Shown: positions 1-11,808 of the stretch, piece after piece | Layout: every line of letters begins with the position of its first letter | Numbering within the stretch: position 1 is the first letter of the stretch | Assembly: GCA_035373625.1 (NCBI GenBank) | Contig: DAOSNS010000002.1 | Coordinates: 189,301-253,300, forward strand | Reading direction: 5' to 3' | Length of the DNA stretch: 64,000 bases | From: Anaerolineae bacterium | GTDB taxonomy: Bacteria > Chloroflexota > Anaerolineae > B4-G1 > SLSP01 | The notes under the pieces: generated by a model | The model's input: the letters and a program-made list of their open reading frames with translations, nothing else | Told to the model about the DNA's origin: nothing | Databases searched by the model: none | Position numbers and translations under genes: made by a program

Positions 1-3000
1 TGACCTGGATCATATTCTCCACGGCGTTTTGGACGAGGCCAGCCGCTTCAGTGCGGCAGATGCAGGATTGATAGCCGTCTTTAACGGAACGGATTTTGAG
101 TTACGGGTCTCTCGGGGATACGATGAGGCGGCATTGGAGGTGATCCAACACCTCATACATAATATGGAGCCGACTTCACCTATGGCGCGGTTTTTAGCGC
201 ATCAAGATACCGTTTATATCCCCGATGTCGCACAGTTGCCGGACGCCGCGGCTTTTCCACCCGGCGCACGGACGCTGTTGGCAGAGCCGGTTTTTTATGA
301 ACAGCAACTGGCGGCGGTGATCCTCCTGCAAAGCTATCGGCCGGCGGCCTTCCCACCGGTAGTGTTGGAATTTGTCGGTGGGTTGGCGGTGCAAACTTCC
401 ATCGCGGTAGGCAACGCGCGGCGCTATCTGGAGCAACTCGAACGCGGCGAATTGATGCACAAACGCGCGGAACAGATGTCGCTCTTGCTGGAAGTCTCGC
501 GCACGATGCGTTCAGACCGTCCGCTGGATGAGACTTTGCTCGACATTGCCTACGCCGTGCAGGAAGGCACTGGCTTTAACATCGTTTTGATCAGTGTCGT
601 CGAGGGACTCAGCGTGCGCCGGGTGGCCGGCGCAGGGATTCCGTTGGCGCGTCTGGAGCAGATGAAGGCCGTGCGTCACCCCTGGCCCCGCATCCGTGCC
701 CTGTTTCAGGAAAGATTCCGGTTGGGGCGATGTTATTACATTCCCGCGGAGTATTACGAAGAACTCTTCAGCGGCGTAGACGTCTTCATCCCCGGCCCGA
801 CAGAGATAGAACGTCAGCCGGGTATGTGGCATCCTAAAGACACCTTCATCATCCCTCTGTACGGCAGCCACGGCGACATTGTGGGCATCATGTCGGTAGA
901 TGACCCCCTGGATGGGCGCGCCCCCACAGCTTTGACCGCCGAGGTCATCGAGATCTTCGCGGCTCAGGTGGCGTTGGCGATTGAAAACAACCGCTTGATC
1001 GAGGACTTGCAGCGCCAGCTCAATACCCTGCGCCTGTTCAACGAACTGAGCCGCTCGATCACCACCAAGTTGGATTTGCCGTTGGTTTTGAATACCGTCG
1101 TACAATCGGTGACGAACCTGCTGAATTACGATTACGCCACCATCTTCCTACAAGACAAAACCGGACAGCACTTTGTCCCCCTGGCGACCTCGGGTTATGC
1201 CCTTGAGCTGCTGGCCGGCAAGTCCTTCGAACAGGATGAAGGCGCCGTGGCTACCGTGGCGCGCACCGGGATGCCCCTGGTTATCGAAGACGCGGATACC
1301 GATCCTCACCCCCGTATTGGACCGCCGGGCGTCGGCTCGTCTATTATGGTGCCGTTGATGGTAGAAGGACGCTCGGTGGGGATCCTGGTCGCCGATCGCA
1401 AGATCAAGGGCGATTTTACCCCTGCCGCCGTGGCGACACTCACGGCGCTGGCCGATCAGGTGGCGGTGGCCGTCGAAAACGCACGGCTGTTCGAAGAGGT
1501 CAAGCGCTTCAGTGAAGAGTTGGAGTTGCGGGTGGCAGAACGTACCCGTGAACTGGCCGAGGCGTTGGAAGACCTGCGGCTGCAACGTGACCGTTCGAGC
1601 GTGCTCTATCACATCGCTTCCGAGTTGGTCGCCAGTCTCGATATTGACCGCGTGCTGAGCCAGGCGTTGATGCTCCTGCAGAAAGCGGTCAAGGCTTCGC
1701 GCAGTGCCGTGATCCTGCTCGACAACAACACCGGTAAACTTTTCTACCGCGCGGCCATCGGACACACGGAGCCGATACCGCCGGGTGGAAAATTGGCGCC
1801 TTTCGGGCGCAACGAAGGCGTAGTGGGATGGGTGCTCACACAGCGCACCGCGCTGATCATCCCCAACGCCCTGGAAGACGAGCGGTGTATGGTGATGGGT
1901 GACAAGACGGTGCGTTCCGTCATGGCCGTGCCCATTTTGGGTGGCGCCGGAGAGTCGTTGGGCGTGATCCTCTTGCAATCGTCAGTGGAAGATGTGTTTG
2001 GAGAGCAAGAATTGCACCTGGTGGAAGCCGCCGCCGTGCAATTGGGCAACGCTCTGAACAATGCCGAACTCTATCGCCTGATCCGTGAGCAGGCCGAACG
2101 TCTCGGCGCCATGCTGCGTGAGCAACAGAACGAGGCGGCGAAGAACAAAGCCATTCTGGAAGGCATCGCCGATGGGGTGATGGTCGGCGACGCCACCGGC
2201 CGGGTCATTCTCTTCAACGCAGCCGCCGAGCGCGTCCTCTCCATCAGCCGTGAGCAGGCATTGGGACGCTCCCAGGACGAGATCCTGGGGTTGTATGGCA
2301 GCGCCGCGCACGAATGGTTGGCACAAATTGCCCGCTGGCGTGCGGATCCTAAGAGTTATAGCGCCAGTGACTTTCTGGCGCACCAGATGGAGGTGGGACG
2401 GCGTTTCGTCAGCATGCACCTGTCGCCGGTCATCTCGCCGTCCCAGGAATTCCTGGGAATTGTGGCGGTCTTCCGTGACATCACGGCCGAGGTGGAAGCC
2501 GACCGCGCCAAGAGCGATTTTGTGTCCACCGTCTCCCATGAACTGCGCACCCCGATGACTTCCATCGTGGGGTACGTGGATTTGATTCTGATGGGGGCGA
2601 CCGGTCCGCTATCGGATATGCAGCGCGAATTCTTGAAAAAGGTCAAGACGAACTCCGAACGGCTGACCAAACTGGTCAACGACCTGCTGGACATCTCGCG
2701 TATCGAGACGGGGCGCGTGGTGTTACAAATGGCGCCCGTGGCGATCGAAGAGGTCATCAAACAGGTTGCGGATTTGCTGCATCCCAAGATCGTGGAGAAG
2801 GAACAGCAGTTATCGTTGATCCTACCGCCTGCCCTGCCCAAAGTCTACGGCGACCGCGACCGGTTGGCGCAGATCGTGACGAACATCGTGGGGAATGCTC
2901 ACAAATACACGCCCGTAGGCGGCCATATCAGCGTATATGCCTACGTGCGTCAGGCGAAATTGCATGTCGCCGTTTCCGATACCGGCATCGGCATTGCGCC

Positions 3001-3991
3001 CGAAAACCAGAAGAAGATTTTCGAGCGTTTCTACCGCGTCGAGAACGACCCTGCCGTCTATGAAGTCTCCGGGACGGGGCTGGGGTTGGCGATCTCGTTA
3101 TCGTTGATTCAGATGCACGGGGGGAGCATCTCGCTGGACAGTGCCCTGGGAAAAGGGAGCACCTTCACCTTCTCCGTGCCGCTTGCCGAAGGTGAGCCGA
3201 CGGCGGATGTCGGTCTGGTGCCCCCGCGGATCGCCGGTGAGGCGAAAGCGACTATTTTGGTGGTCGAGGACGACCGCGAGAGCGCCGATCTCCTGAAGAT
3301 CATGTTGCACCAAGACGATGTGGAGTTTTTGACCGCCGTTTCCGGGGAAGAAGCCTTGCGCCTGGCCCGTGAAAAGCATCCTGACGTGATCTCGTTGGAC
3401 ATCCGCCTGCCGGACCTGGATGGCTTCGAGGTATTGCAATTGCTGAAGCGTGACCCTGAAACTGCCGATATACCGGTTGTCATTGTTTCGGTGATCTCGG
3501 ATCGAGCGCGGGGATTGCGTCTGGGGGCGACGGAGTATTTGGTCAAGCCGTTGAACGAGGAGCGGTTGCGTGAGGCGATCTTGCCCTTGCTTAACAAACG
3601 CGGCACCGTCGTGGTGGCCAGCAATGACCGCGACTTCCTGGATCCTTTGCGCGCCGCGTTGCAGCTTCACAGCATCTACGTGCGCACCGCCCGCAATGGG
3701 GAGCGCGCGCTGGATATTGCTCACACCTTACACCCGGAAGTCGTCGTGTTGGACCATCCTTTGCCCGATATGGCCGGTTATCAGGTTGTGGAGAAACTCA
3801 AACAAGATATGGACACGGCGGATACGGCTGTGATTATGTTGACCGAGGGGGATGCCGCGGCAACCGCAGAGGGAAGCAGCGTTGAGATACCCCGGTCGGT
3901 ACAGCTTTTGCCCAAGCGGTTCCCTGTGGAGGAACTCGCTGCCAGGGTTTCACGCCTTGTTCAGGGGAATGGAGAATTAAAGGAGTCGTAA
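1..3991 (+). CDS. Hybrid sensor histidine kinase: multiple GAF domains, PAS, HisKA, HATPase_c and two C-terminal receiver domains. The frame is open to the window start, so the gene is 5'-partial.
   Basis: 1320-aa ORF. Repeated GAF-like blocks (e.g. MVPLMVEGRSVGILVADRK). H-box 'STVSHELRTPMTSIVGY'. G-boxes 'DTGIGIAPENQKKIFERFYR...GTGLGLAI'. Two REC domains ('ILVVEDD', 'LDIRLPDLDG', 'VVVLDHPLPDMAG'). Upstream in-frame codons lack a stop back to position 2. Confidence 0.85.
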   Translation, partial: DLDHILHGVLDEASRFSAADAGLIAVFNGTDFELRVSRGYDEAALEVIQHLIHNMEPTSPMARFLAHQDTVYIPDVAQLPDAAAFPPGARTLLAEPVFYEQQLAAVILLQSYRPAAFPPVVLEFVGGLAVQTSIAVGNARRYLEQLERGELMHKRAEQMSLLLEVSRTMRSDRPLDETLLDIAYAVQEGTGFNIVLISVVEGLSVRRVAGAGIPLARLEQMKAVRHPWPRIRALFQERFRLGRCYYIPAEYYEELFSGVDVFIPGPTEIERQPGMWHPKDTFIIPLYGSHGDIVGIMSVDDPLDGRAPTALTAEVIEIFAAQVALAIENNRLIEDLQRQLNTLRLFNELSRSITTKLDLPLVLNTVVQSVTNLLNYDYATIFLQDKTGQHFVPLATSGYALELLAGKSFEQDEGAVATVARTGMPLVIEDADTDPHPRIGPPGVGSSIMVPLMVEGRSVGILVADRKIKGDFTPAAVATLTALADQVAVAVENARLFEEVKRFSEELELRVAERTRELAEALEDLRLQRDRSSVLYHIASELVASLDIDRVLSQALMLLQKAVKASRSAVILLDNNTGKLFYRAAIGHTEPIPPGGKLAPFGRNEGVVGWVLTQRTALIIPNALEDERCMVMGDKTVRSVMAVPILGGAGESLGVILLQSSVEDVFGEQELHLVEAAAVQLGNALNNAELYRLIREQAERLGAMLREQQNEAAKNKAILEGIADGVMVGDATGRVILFNAAAERVLSISREQALGRSQDEILGLYGSAAHEWLAQIARWRADPKSYSASDFLAHQMEVGRRFVSMHLSPVISPSQEFLGIVAVFRDITAEVEADRAKSDFVSTVSHELRTPMTSIVGYVDLILMGATGPLSDMQREFLKKVKTNSERLTKLVNDLLDISRIETGRVVLQMAPVAIEEVIKQVADLLHPKIVEKEQQLSLILPPALPKVYGDRDRLAQIVTNIVGNAHKYTPVGGHISVYAYVRQAKLHVAVSDTGIGIAPENQKKIFERFYRVENDPAVYEVSGTGLGLAISLSLIQMHGGSISLDSALGKGSTFTFSVPLAEGEPTADVGLVPPRIAGEAKATILVVEDDRESADLLKIMLHQDDVEFLTAVSGEEALRLAREKHPDVISLDIRLPDLDGFEVLQLLKRDPETADIPVVIVSVISDRARGLRLGATEYLVKPLNEERLREAILPLLNKRGTVVVASNDRDFLDPLRAALQLHSIYVRTARNGERALDIAHTLHPEVVVLDHPLPDMAGYQVVEKLKQDMDTADTAVIMLTEGDAAATAEGSSVEIPRSVQLLPKRFPVEELAARVSRLVQGNGELKES

Positions 3992-3993
3992 GC

Positions 3994-4371
3994 ATGGCTA
4001 AAATCTTGGTCGCTGAAGATGAACGTGACATTCGTGAATTGATAGCATTTACTTTACGGTTTGCCGGGTTTGATGTCGAGCTGGCCACCAATGGCCTTGA
4101 AGCTGTGGAGAAAGCGCAACAGATCATCCCGGACTTGATCCTGATGGATGTACGGATGCCACGCATGACCGGCTATCAGGCGTGTGGAGTGTTAAAGGAA
4201 AACCACTCTACCCAGGATATTCCCGTGATTTTCCTCTCCGCAAAAGGCCAGGAGAGCGAAATCCAGGAAGGCCTGGAAGCTGGGGCTATGGAATACATCT
4301 TGAAACCCTTTGCGCCTGATGAGCTTACAGCACAGGTGAACAGGATTTTGAAGGAACTCGGTAAAGCTTGA
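3994..4371 (+). CDS. Single-domain response regulator (CheY-like receiver)
   Basis: 125 aa. 'ILVAEDERDIRE...DLILMDVRMPRMTGY...FLSAKG' receiver motifs with the conserved D and K positions. Starts 3 nt after the kinase stop. Confidence 0.85.
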   Translation: MAKILVAEDERDIRELIAFTLRFAGFDVELATNGLEAVEKAQQIIPDLILMDVRMPRMTGYQACGVLKENHSTQDIPVIFLSAKGQESEIQEGLEAGAMEYILKPFAPDELTAQVNRILKELGKA

Positions 4372-4393
4372 CCTGCGGGTTGGAGTTCGGCTT

Positions 4394-5182
4394 ATGAGCG
4401 CGATTATTCTTGAAAGCAGTCTCGTCCATTACGAGGCTTTGGGACGTGGCAAACCTCTGCTCTTTCTCCATGATTGGCTGGGGTCGTGGCGCTATTGGGT
4501 GCCGACGATGGTGGATATGTCATCCTCCCATCGCGCGTATGCGTTGGATTTCTGGGGGTTTGGCGATTCCGACAAAGTGGCAACGCGCTACAGCATCCCC
4601 GGCTACGTGAGCCAGGTTGAGCTGTTTATGGATCAAATGGGCATTAGCAGCGTCCCTATTATCGGTCACGGCCTGGGTGGGGTTGTGGGCGCCAACTTCG
4701 CGCTGGCACACCCGGAGCGCGTCGAGCAGTTGATGACCGTCTGCACCCCCCTCAGCCCCAATGACATCGCGCGTTCGTTGAGTGGCTATAGCGGTGGTGA
4801 CAATCCGGCAAAGGTTATTCTGGGACGCCGGCTCAAATCCTACGAGGAAGTGGATATCGAAGCCGCTAAGACCGACGCTAACGCCGTTGTGCAAAGCGTG
4901 CGTTACGTGTTGGGGCACAATCTCCTGGATGTGCTGGAAAACCTGGAGATTCCGGTGTTGCTGGTCTGTGGGCGTGAAGACCCCATCATCCAGCCGCCCG
5001 ATGATGAGGTGTTGGAAGGCCTGAGCTATAACGTCTATCCGTTTATTTTCGAGACGGCGCAGCATTATCCGATGCTGGAAGAAACCAGCAAATTTGACCG
5101 CCTGCTGCGCGATTTCCTGGTTCACAAGGATAACTGGGACGAAATCGAAGTGAAGGATGAATGGCGGAGACGCATGCGCTAA
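4394..5182 (+). CDS. Alpha/beta-fold hydrolase
   Basis: 262 aa. 'LLFLHDWLGS' and the nucleophile-elbow-like 'IIGHGLGGVVG' (GxGxG) are typical of the alpha/beta hydrolase fold. Confidence 0.7.
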   Translation: MSAIILESSLVHYEALGRGKPLLFLHDWLGSWRYWVPTMVDMSSSHRAYALDFWGFGDSDKVATRYSIPGYVSQVELFMDQMGISSVPIIGHGLGGVVGANFALAHPERVEQLMTVCTPLSPNDIARSLSGYSGGDNPAKVILGRRLKSYEEVDIEAAKTDANAVVQSVRYVLGHNLLDVLENLEIPVLLVCGREDPIIQPPDDEVLEGLSYNVYPFIFETAQHYPMLEETSKFDRLLRDFLVHKDNWDEIEVKDEWRRRMR

Positions 5183-5191
5183 CTCCATCAT

Positions 5192-5224
5192 AAACCCTCA
5201 AGGTTTGCAACACCTTGAGGGTTT
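5192..5224 (+). terminator. Hairpin (AAACCCTCAAGG-loop-CCTTGAGGGTTT) immediately after the hydrolase stop codon
   Basis: Perfect 12-bp inverted repeat with a 9-nt loop, followed by a GT-rich stretch. Seen directly. Confidence 0.4.
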
Positions 5225-6016
5225 GTGTGTAATCGGTGGGATGTGACAATGATGAACAAGAATGTTGTCAGCGCCGATCCCTGGGCCATAGGATGGCTCA
5301 TGCGGTCGCTTGTTTTGCTCGCCGTCCTGGCGGCCTTTGGGGTCCCCTTGGGGGTGATTCCCATTGTGGCGGTGACATCCCCGGTGGAGAAGGAAACCGC
5401 GCAAGCCGATGGGCGGATCGTCATTCCCCTGAGCACTTCCGCGCCAACCCCCACCGTAGCCCCGTTGACCCCCGTACCGCATACCCCGCACGTCGGCATC
5501 ATTGCCGGCCATCACGGCAACGATAGTGGCGCTCTCTGCCCGGACGGTTTGCAGGAGGCGGATATTAACCTCGATGTAGCGCGGCGGGTGGTGGCATTGC
5601 TGATGCAATACGGCTGGAATGTTGACCTGTTAGATGAATTTGACGTGCGCTTGAACGACTACAAAGCAGATGCCTTGCTCTCCATTCATGCCGATTCTTG
5701 TAGCTTTCCGGGGAAATCCGGCTTCAAAATCACACGCGCCGAATCTGGCCTGCATGTCTCTTCTGCGGATGCCCTGGTGGATTGTATCATCCGCCATTAT
5801 GCCGGGCGCACCGGCCTGGCGTTTGACGCGGACACCATCACATACGATATGACCCGCTATCATGCTTACTACGAGATTGACCGCAACACCCCGGCTGCGA
5901 TTATCGAAATCGGCTTTATGCTGGATGACCGCGAACTTTTGACGCAGCGCCCTGACGTTGTCGCGCAGGGCATCGCGGATGGCCTGCGCTGCTTCATTGT
6001 CGGCGAAACCCCTTGA
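5225..6016 (+). CDS. N-acetylmuramoyl-L-alanine amidase (Amidase_3 family) with an N-terminal membrane anchor
   Basis: 263 aa. N-terminal TM segment, then 'GIIAGHHGND...LSIHADS' and an 'EIGFM' C-terminal block typical of MurNAc-LAA (Amidase_3) catalytic domains. Confidence 0.65.
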   Translation: MCNRWDVTMMNKNVVSADPWAIGWLMRSLVLLAVLAAFGVPLGVIPIVAVTSPVEKETAQADGRIVIPLSTSAPTPTVAPLTPVPHTPHVGIIAGHHGNDSGALCPDGLQEADINLDVARRVVALLMQYGWNVDLLDEFDVRLNDYKADALLSIHADSCSFPGKSGFKITRAESGLHVSSADALVDCIIRHYAGRTGLAFDADTITYDMTRYHAYYEIDRNTPAAIIEIGFMLDDRELLTQRPDVVAQGIADGLRCFIVGETP

Positions 6017-6136
6017 TTCATGCCTTGGGTATAAATTTGCGCTTTGCGCTGAGCGGTGTAGAATGATTGTAAATCGGCGTGCTGTTCCGCGGATTTACTT
6101 TCATTATCTTCACCATGACGAAAAGGAGGTATACCT

Positions 6137-6562
6137 ATGGCGTATCAGAAGTTGATCATTGTTGGGAATCTGGGCCGTGACCCGGAAATGCGTTATACCC
6201 CTGATGGAACACCGGTGACGACGCTCAGCGTGGCGACAAACCGCAAGTGGAACAATCCTGACGGGACGAAGGGTGAAGAGACCACCTGGTTCCGGGTAAC
6301 GGTGTGGCGCAAGCAGGCCGAAGTCGCGGCGCAATACCTGAGCAAGGGACAGCAGGTGATGATCGAAGGTCGCTTGGCGCCCGATAGAAACACCGGTGGC
6401 CCACGTATTTGGACACGGCAGGACGGCACGGCCGGTGCCAGTTATGAGGTCACTGCGGACCGCATCGTCTTGTTGGGCAGCCGCGGCGGCGAGGTCGGCG
6501 GCGCCGCCGCTGTGGCGGAGACGCCGGAAGACTATACCGGCGAGGAAGAGATTCCCTTCTAG
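6137..6562 (+). CDS. ssb: Single-stranded DNA-binding protein
   Basis: 141 aa. OB-fold N-terminus 'MAYQKLIIVGNLGRDPEMRYTPDGTPVTTLSVATN...TTWFRVTVW'. Gly-rich linker and an acidic C-terminal tail '...EEEIPF'. Confidence 0.9.
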   Translation: MAYQKLIIVGNLGRDPEMRYTPDGTPVTTLSVATNRKWNNPDGTKGEETTWFRVTVWRKQAEVAAQYLSKGQQVMIEGRLAPDRNTGGPRIWTRQDGTAGASYEVTADRIVLLGSRGGEVGGAAAVAETPEDYTGEEEIPF

Positions 6563-6585
6563 AGAGCCGGAGAGTGTCATTGAAC

Positions 6586-6620
6586 AACAGAGGGGCGCAT
6601 CGCATGCCCCTCTGTTCTTT
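6586..6620 (+). terminator. Rho-independent terminator-like hairpin after ssb (AACAGAGGGGC-loop-GCCCCTCTGTT followed by CTTT)
   Basis: 11-bp GC-rich inverted repeat with a 9-nt loop, then a T-run. Confidence 0.45.
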
Positions 6621-6711
6621 GAAAGTAATCTATCCACGCGAATCACGGATTTTTGCTTTCCAATCCGTTTCATCCGTTAAAGCCGTTGACGTTTTCAAGG
6701 GGGATGAATAG

Positions 6712-7029
6712 ATGGCCATGAAACCCAAATCCATAAATGTGGAATTGCCTGCCGGACTTGAACCTATCTACGCCAACTTTGCCTTGATTTCGCATACCCC
6801 GTCTGAAATTATCTTTGATATGGCGCAGATGTTGCCCAATCAACCGCAGGTACGCATCAAAGCGCGTGTGGTCTTCACGCCGCTCAACGCGAAGTTGCTG
6901 CTGCGCGCCTTGCAAGATAATCTTGCCAAATATGAGGCGACCTTCGGCGAGATCACGATCCCCGGTCAGGGGGATGACCTGGTGCGTGCTTTCTTCGGAG
7001 GCATTCATCCGCCGGATACGGAGGGATAG
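6712..7029 (+). CDS. DUF3467-family small protein
   Basis: 105 aa. 'YANFALISHTPSEIIFDMAQ...ARVVFTP' resembles the conserved DUF3467 pattern. Recognition is from memory only. Confidence 0.45.
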   Translation: MAMKPKSINVELPAGLEPIYANFALISHTPSEIIFDMAQMLPNQPQVRIKARVVFTPLNAKLLLRALQDNLAKYEATFGEITIPGQGDDLVRAFFGGIHPPDTEG

Positions 7030-7031
7030 GG

Positions 7032-7682
7032 ATGAACGAAGTCCTGCAAGGATGGCTTGATCAATTGGCGACGGCAGCGCATGCCGATTTAGAGGTGCGT
7101 AATCGCGCCCGCGACGCGGCACTACAGCAGAGCCGCGAGTTGATTCGCCTGTGCTCCAGTGCTATTCGGGCGGGTCACCGCGAGCTGTGGACCGAAGCCA
7201 ACGCCCTGTTGAATGAGGCGGAGGCGGTCGGGCGGGCAATGCAGGCATTGTTGACGCCTTATCCGGATTTATTCTACGCCGGTTATACCCAGGATGCGTT
7301 CAAAGAACTGGTCGAGGCCCGCGTCACGCTGGCATTGATCTCGGACGGCACTTTGCCACCGTTGGAGAGCCTGAATTTGCCGTATGATACTTGTCTCAAC
7401 GGTGTGTGTGAGGCCGCCAGTGAGCTGCGCCGCCGCTGCCTGGATGTGCTGCGGCAGGGGGCGTTGGATGAGGCCGAACGTCTGCTGGCGGCAATGGATG
7501 CAGTTTACGAGGTCCTGATGTCGTTCAGCTATCCCGATGCGATTACCGGCGGCCTGCGTCATCGCGTGGATCAACTGCGGGGCGTCCTGGAACGCACGCG
7601 CGGCGACCTCACCAACAGCGTACAGATGCAACGCCTGTTACACGCCCTCGAAACTGCCGAAACCCATACCGACAAGATTTGA
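7032..7682 (+). CDS. Translin-family protein
   Basis: 216 aa. 'IRAGHRELWTEANALLNEAE...YPDLFYAGYTQDAFKELVEA...ASELRRRCLDVLRQGALDEAERLL...ERTRGDL' matches the helical translin signature as I recall it. Confidence 0.5.
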   Translation: MNEVLQGWLDQLATAAHADLEVRNRARDAALQQSRELIRLCSSAIRAGHRELWTEANALLNEAEAVGRAMQALLTPYPDLFYAGYTQDAFKELVEARVTLALISDGTLPPLESLNLPYDTCLNGVCEAASELRRRCLDVLRQGALDEAERLLAAMDAVYEVLMSFSYPDAITGGLRHRVDQLRGVLERTRGDLTNSVQMQRLLHALETAETHTDKI

Positions 7683-7722
7683 CAGTCGGCAAAAATCGTT
7701 TATCTATAAAAGTAGGAATTAG

Positions 7723-9543
<1,821 letters not shown>

Positions 9544-9549
9544 GACGCC

Positions 9550-10746
9550 ATGCAGATCGAAGTCTTGAAACAGCACCTTAAACAGCGCACCGGCTGTGCC
9601 GACCGGGACATTTGGATTGTCTACGCACCCTTGCGAATTTCACCGCTCGGCGCGCATGTGGATCACCAGGATGGTCTGGTGACGGGGATGACGTTGAACC
9701 GGGCGATTCTATTGGCCTTCACGCCACGTGCCGACCGACGTGTATGTGTGGAGAGCCTGAATTTCCCCGGGCGCGTGGAATTTGCCCTGGACGACGTACC
9801 GCTCAAATCGGCGAAAGACTGGGGCAACTATGTGCGTGGCGCGGCGCTGGCTTTGCAGCAACATTACACCCTGCACACCGGCATTGATGCGGTGGTGGGT
9901 GGGGATATGCCCATCGGGGGCTTAAGTTCCTCGGCGGCGGTGGGCGTGGCGTATCTGCTGGCCCTGGAGACGGTGAATGGCTTGATGCTTTCCGCCGGGG
10001 AAAACATCCAGCTCGACCGTTACATTGAAAATATCTACCTGGGATTGAAGAACGGCATCATGGATCAGTCCATGATCCTGATGAGTGAGCATGACACGCT
10101 CACCTACCTGGATTGTCAGGCGGTGGCCTTTGAGAAGATTCCCATTCCGCCAGACAAGAACGGCTTTGATATCCTGGTGGTCTATTCCGGCGTGGAACAG
10201 GCGCTGGTGGGCACGGACTACAACAACCGCGTGGCCGAGTGCCAGGAAGCCGCGCGACTGCTGCTCACCTGGGCCGGCGAGCAACCACCGGAGCATCCAC
10301 GCCTGCGTATGGTGCCGGAGGCCGTATATGCTGAATTGGGAGAGCGTCTCCCGGCGCCGTTAAATCGGCGGGCGCGGCACTTCTTCACCGAAGTCGCGCG
10401 CGTGCGCGAGGGCGTTGTGGCCTGGCGTGCGGGCGACGTAACGCGCATCGGTCAGTTGATGCGTGAATCGGGCGCCAGTTCGATCCATAACTACGAATCG
10501 GGTTGTCCGCAGTTGGTGACGCTTTATAACATTCTGTGTGCGGCCCCCGGCGTGTACGGCGCGCGTTTCAGCGGTGCAGGCTTCCGGGGCAGTTGCATCG
10601 GCCTGAGCGATCCGGCCTACCGGGAAGAGATTCGGGCCTTCATTGATGCGCGGTATCCGGCGGCCCATCCCAACGCGGCAGCGCACTACAGCGTGCATTT
10701 TTGCAAGTCCGATGGGCCGGCGCGGGTGTTGAACGGAGGCCTTTAG
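9550..10746 (+). CDS. GHMP-family sugar kinase (galactokinase-like)
   Basis: 398 aa. N-terminal galactokinase-like signature 'PLRISPLGAHVDHQDG'. GHMP ATP motif 'PIGGLSSSAAVGVA'. Confidence 0.7.
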   Translation: MQIEVLKQHLKQRTGCADRDIWIVYAPLRISPLGAHVDHQDGLVTGMTLNRAILLAFTPRADRRVCVESLNFPGRVEFALDDVPLKSAKDWGNYVRGAALALQQHYTLHTGIDAVVGGDMPIGGLSSSAAVGVAYLLALETVNGLMLSAGENIQLDRYIENIYLGLKNGIMDQSMILMSEHDTLTYLDCQAVAFEKIPIPPDKNGFDILVVYSGVEQALVGTDYNNRVAECQEAARLLLTWAGEQPPEHPRLRMVPEAVYAELGERLPAPLNRRARHFFTEVARVREGVVAWRAGDVTRIGQLMRESGASSIHNYESGCPQLVTLYNILCAAPGVYGARFSGAGFRGSCIGLSDPAYREEIRAFIDARYPAAHPNAAAHYSVHFCKSDGPARVLNGGL

Positions 10747-10802
10747 CTGTCAGCTTTCAGCGATCAGCTATGAGCAGGTAGCCTCGTGGTGGAGAATTAG
10801 GT

Positions 10803-11254
10803 ATGCGCGAATCCTACAGAACGGCGACAGAGGAAGAGCTACACTTCTATCGTCAGGTCGTTTATCCGTTGCAAGACCGGGTCTTTGCGTTGACGCCACC
10901 CTATGGCGAACAACTGTATCTGACCGGCGAGACGGCCCTTTCGCGTTTCTACTTTAACCACCTGATGGTGGGGTATACCCGGATGTGACGCCGCCCCAGA
11001 CGTTAGACACATTTGCCGAGCGGGTGGAGTTCATCGCGCGGTTGTGTGCTGCCTGGGATTTCGGACGGTTGCCAGATGTGGCCGTCGTCAACGAAATCCG
11101 CAAGGAGACATGGCGTGAAGCGGTAGATGCATGCCGGTTGTTGACTTCGCCGGTCTATCACCTTTTGCGTCGCTGGCATGGATTGCCGGCGTCGCCCTAT
11201 CTGGGCCGGCAGTTGGCGTACATTCGGGATGATCCGAATCTGGCGTATGTGTGA
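10803..11254 (+). pseudogene. Two short ORFs in different frames; possibly a frameshifted remnant of one gene (the N-terminus faintly resembles an AbiEii/DUF1814 nucleotidyltransferase)
   Basis: A 61-aa ORF runs directly into an 89-aa ORF in another frame. 'LYLTGETALSRFYFNH' is weakly like the AbiEii N-terminal motif. Very uncertain. Confidence 0.2.
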
Positions 11255-11283
11255 GGGGCAATGGACATTTCTGACAAGGACGG

Positions 11284-11400
11284 GGGGCATCGAGGTCTAC
11301 AGCGACGCCGGGGACGTGACGTTGTTGTGGGGGGCTTGTCAGATTAACGATTGTGGTTAGAATGAGAGTGAGCTGAACAAGTCGAGACATTTCACTTACC
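11284..11400 (+). repeat. Copy 1 of a repeated segment: C-terminal coding fragment of a DUF3782-like paralog (GIEVYSDAGDVTL) plus a conserved ~75-bp 3' flank
   Basis: Near-identical to 13663-13754 ('...taacgattgYggttagaatgagagtgagctgaacaagtcgagacaYttcRcttacc'). The coding part also matches the 3' end of the intact gene at 12527-12564. Confidence 0.65.
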
Positions 11401-11467
11401 TTGCGAAGTAGGGCTTGGTGGGTAGACTTGTAGGGCGGGTGCGATGGTCACTCACAGGGAGAGCACA

Positions 11468-11596
11468 ATGACACCGCTCGAAGTGGACACATTGGAACGG
11501 GTGATCGTCACAGAATTGCCGCGCTGGATCGCGGAATATCCTGCCTTGCATGTGCCATTACGGCTTTGTTTGTCTAGCCGCCGGGGCGTGATATAA
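11468..11596 (+). pseudogene. N-terminal fragment (42 codons) of a DUF3782-like paralog
   Basis: 'MTPLEVDTLERVIVTELPRWIAEYP' parallels the N-terminus of the intact copy ('LSQLIRRELPGILRRDREM'). Ends prematurely. Confidence 0.35.
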
Positions 11597-11808
11597 TGCC
11601 TATCGCTGATCGCTGTGCACTAGCATGGCAGCGTTGAGGTTGTTTAATCGGCGCTGATGGAAGCCGATACTGTGCCCACCCATCTGAATAACGAGTACGG
11701 CCGGGAAGCGTAGACGCCACTGCACGAAGGGATTGCGCAGACGGAGGGGCAAGTCAGGCAGGACGGGGGGAATTATAAGCTGTATGGCTTTAGGGGCCAG
11801 GATGCGCT

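Noticed and set aside
194-3724. Multiple antisense or alternate-frame ORFs (88-276 aa) inside the histidine-kinase gene
   Set aside because: They lie wholly within a 1320-aa ORF with clear domain architecture. Long spurious ORFs are expected on the opposite strand of GC-rich coding DNA.
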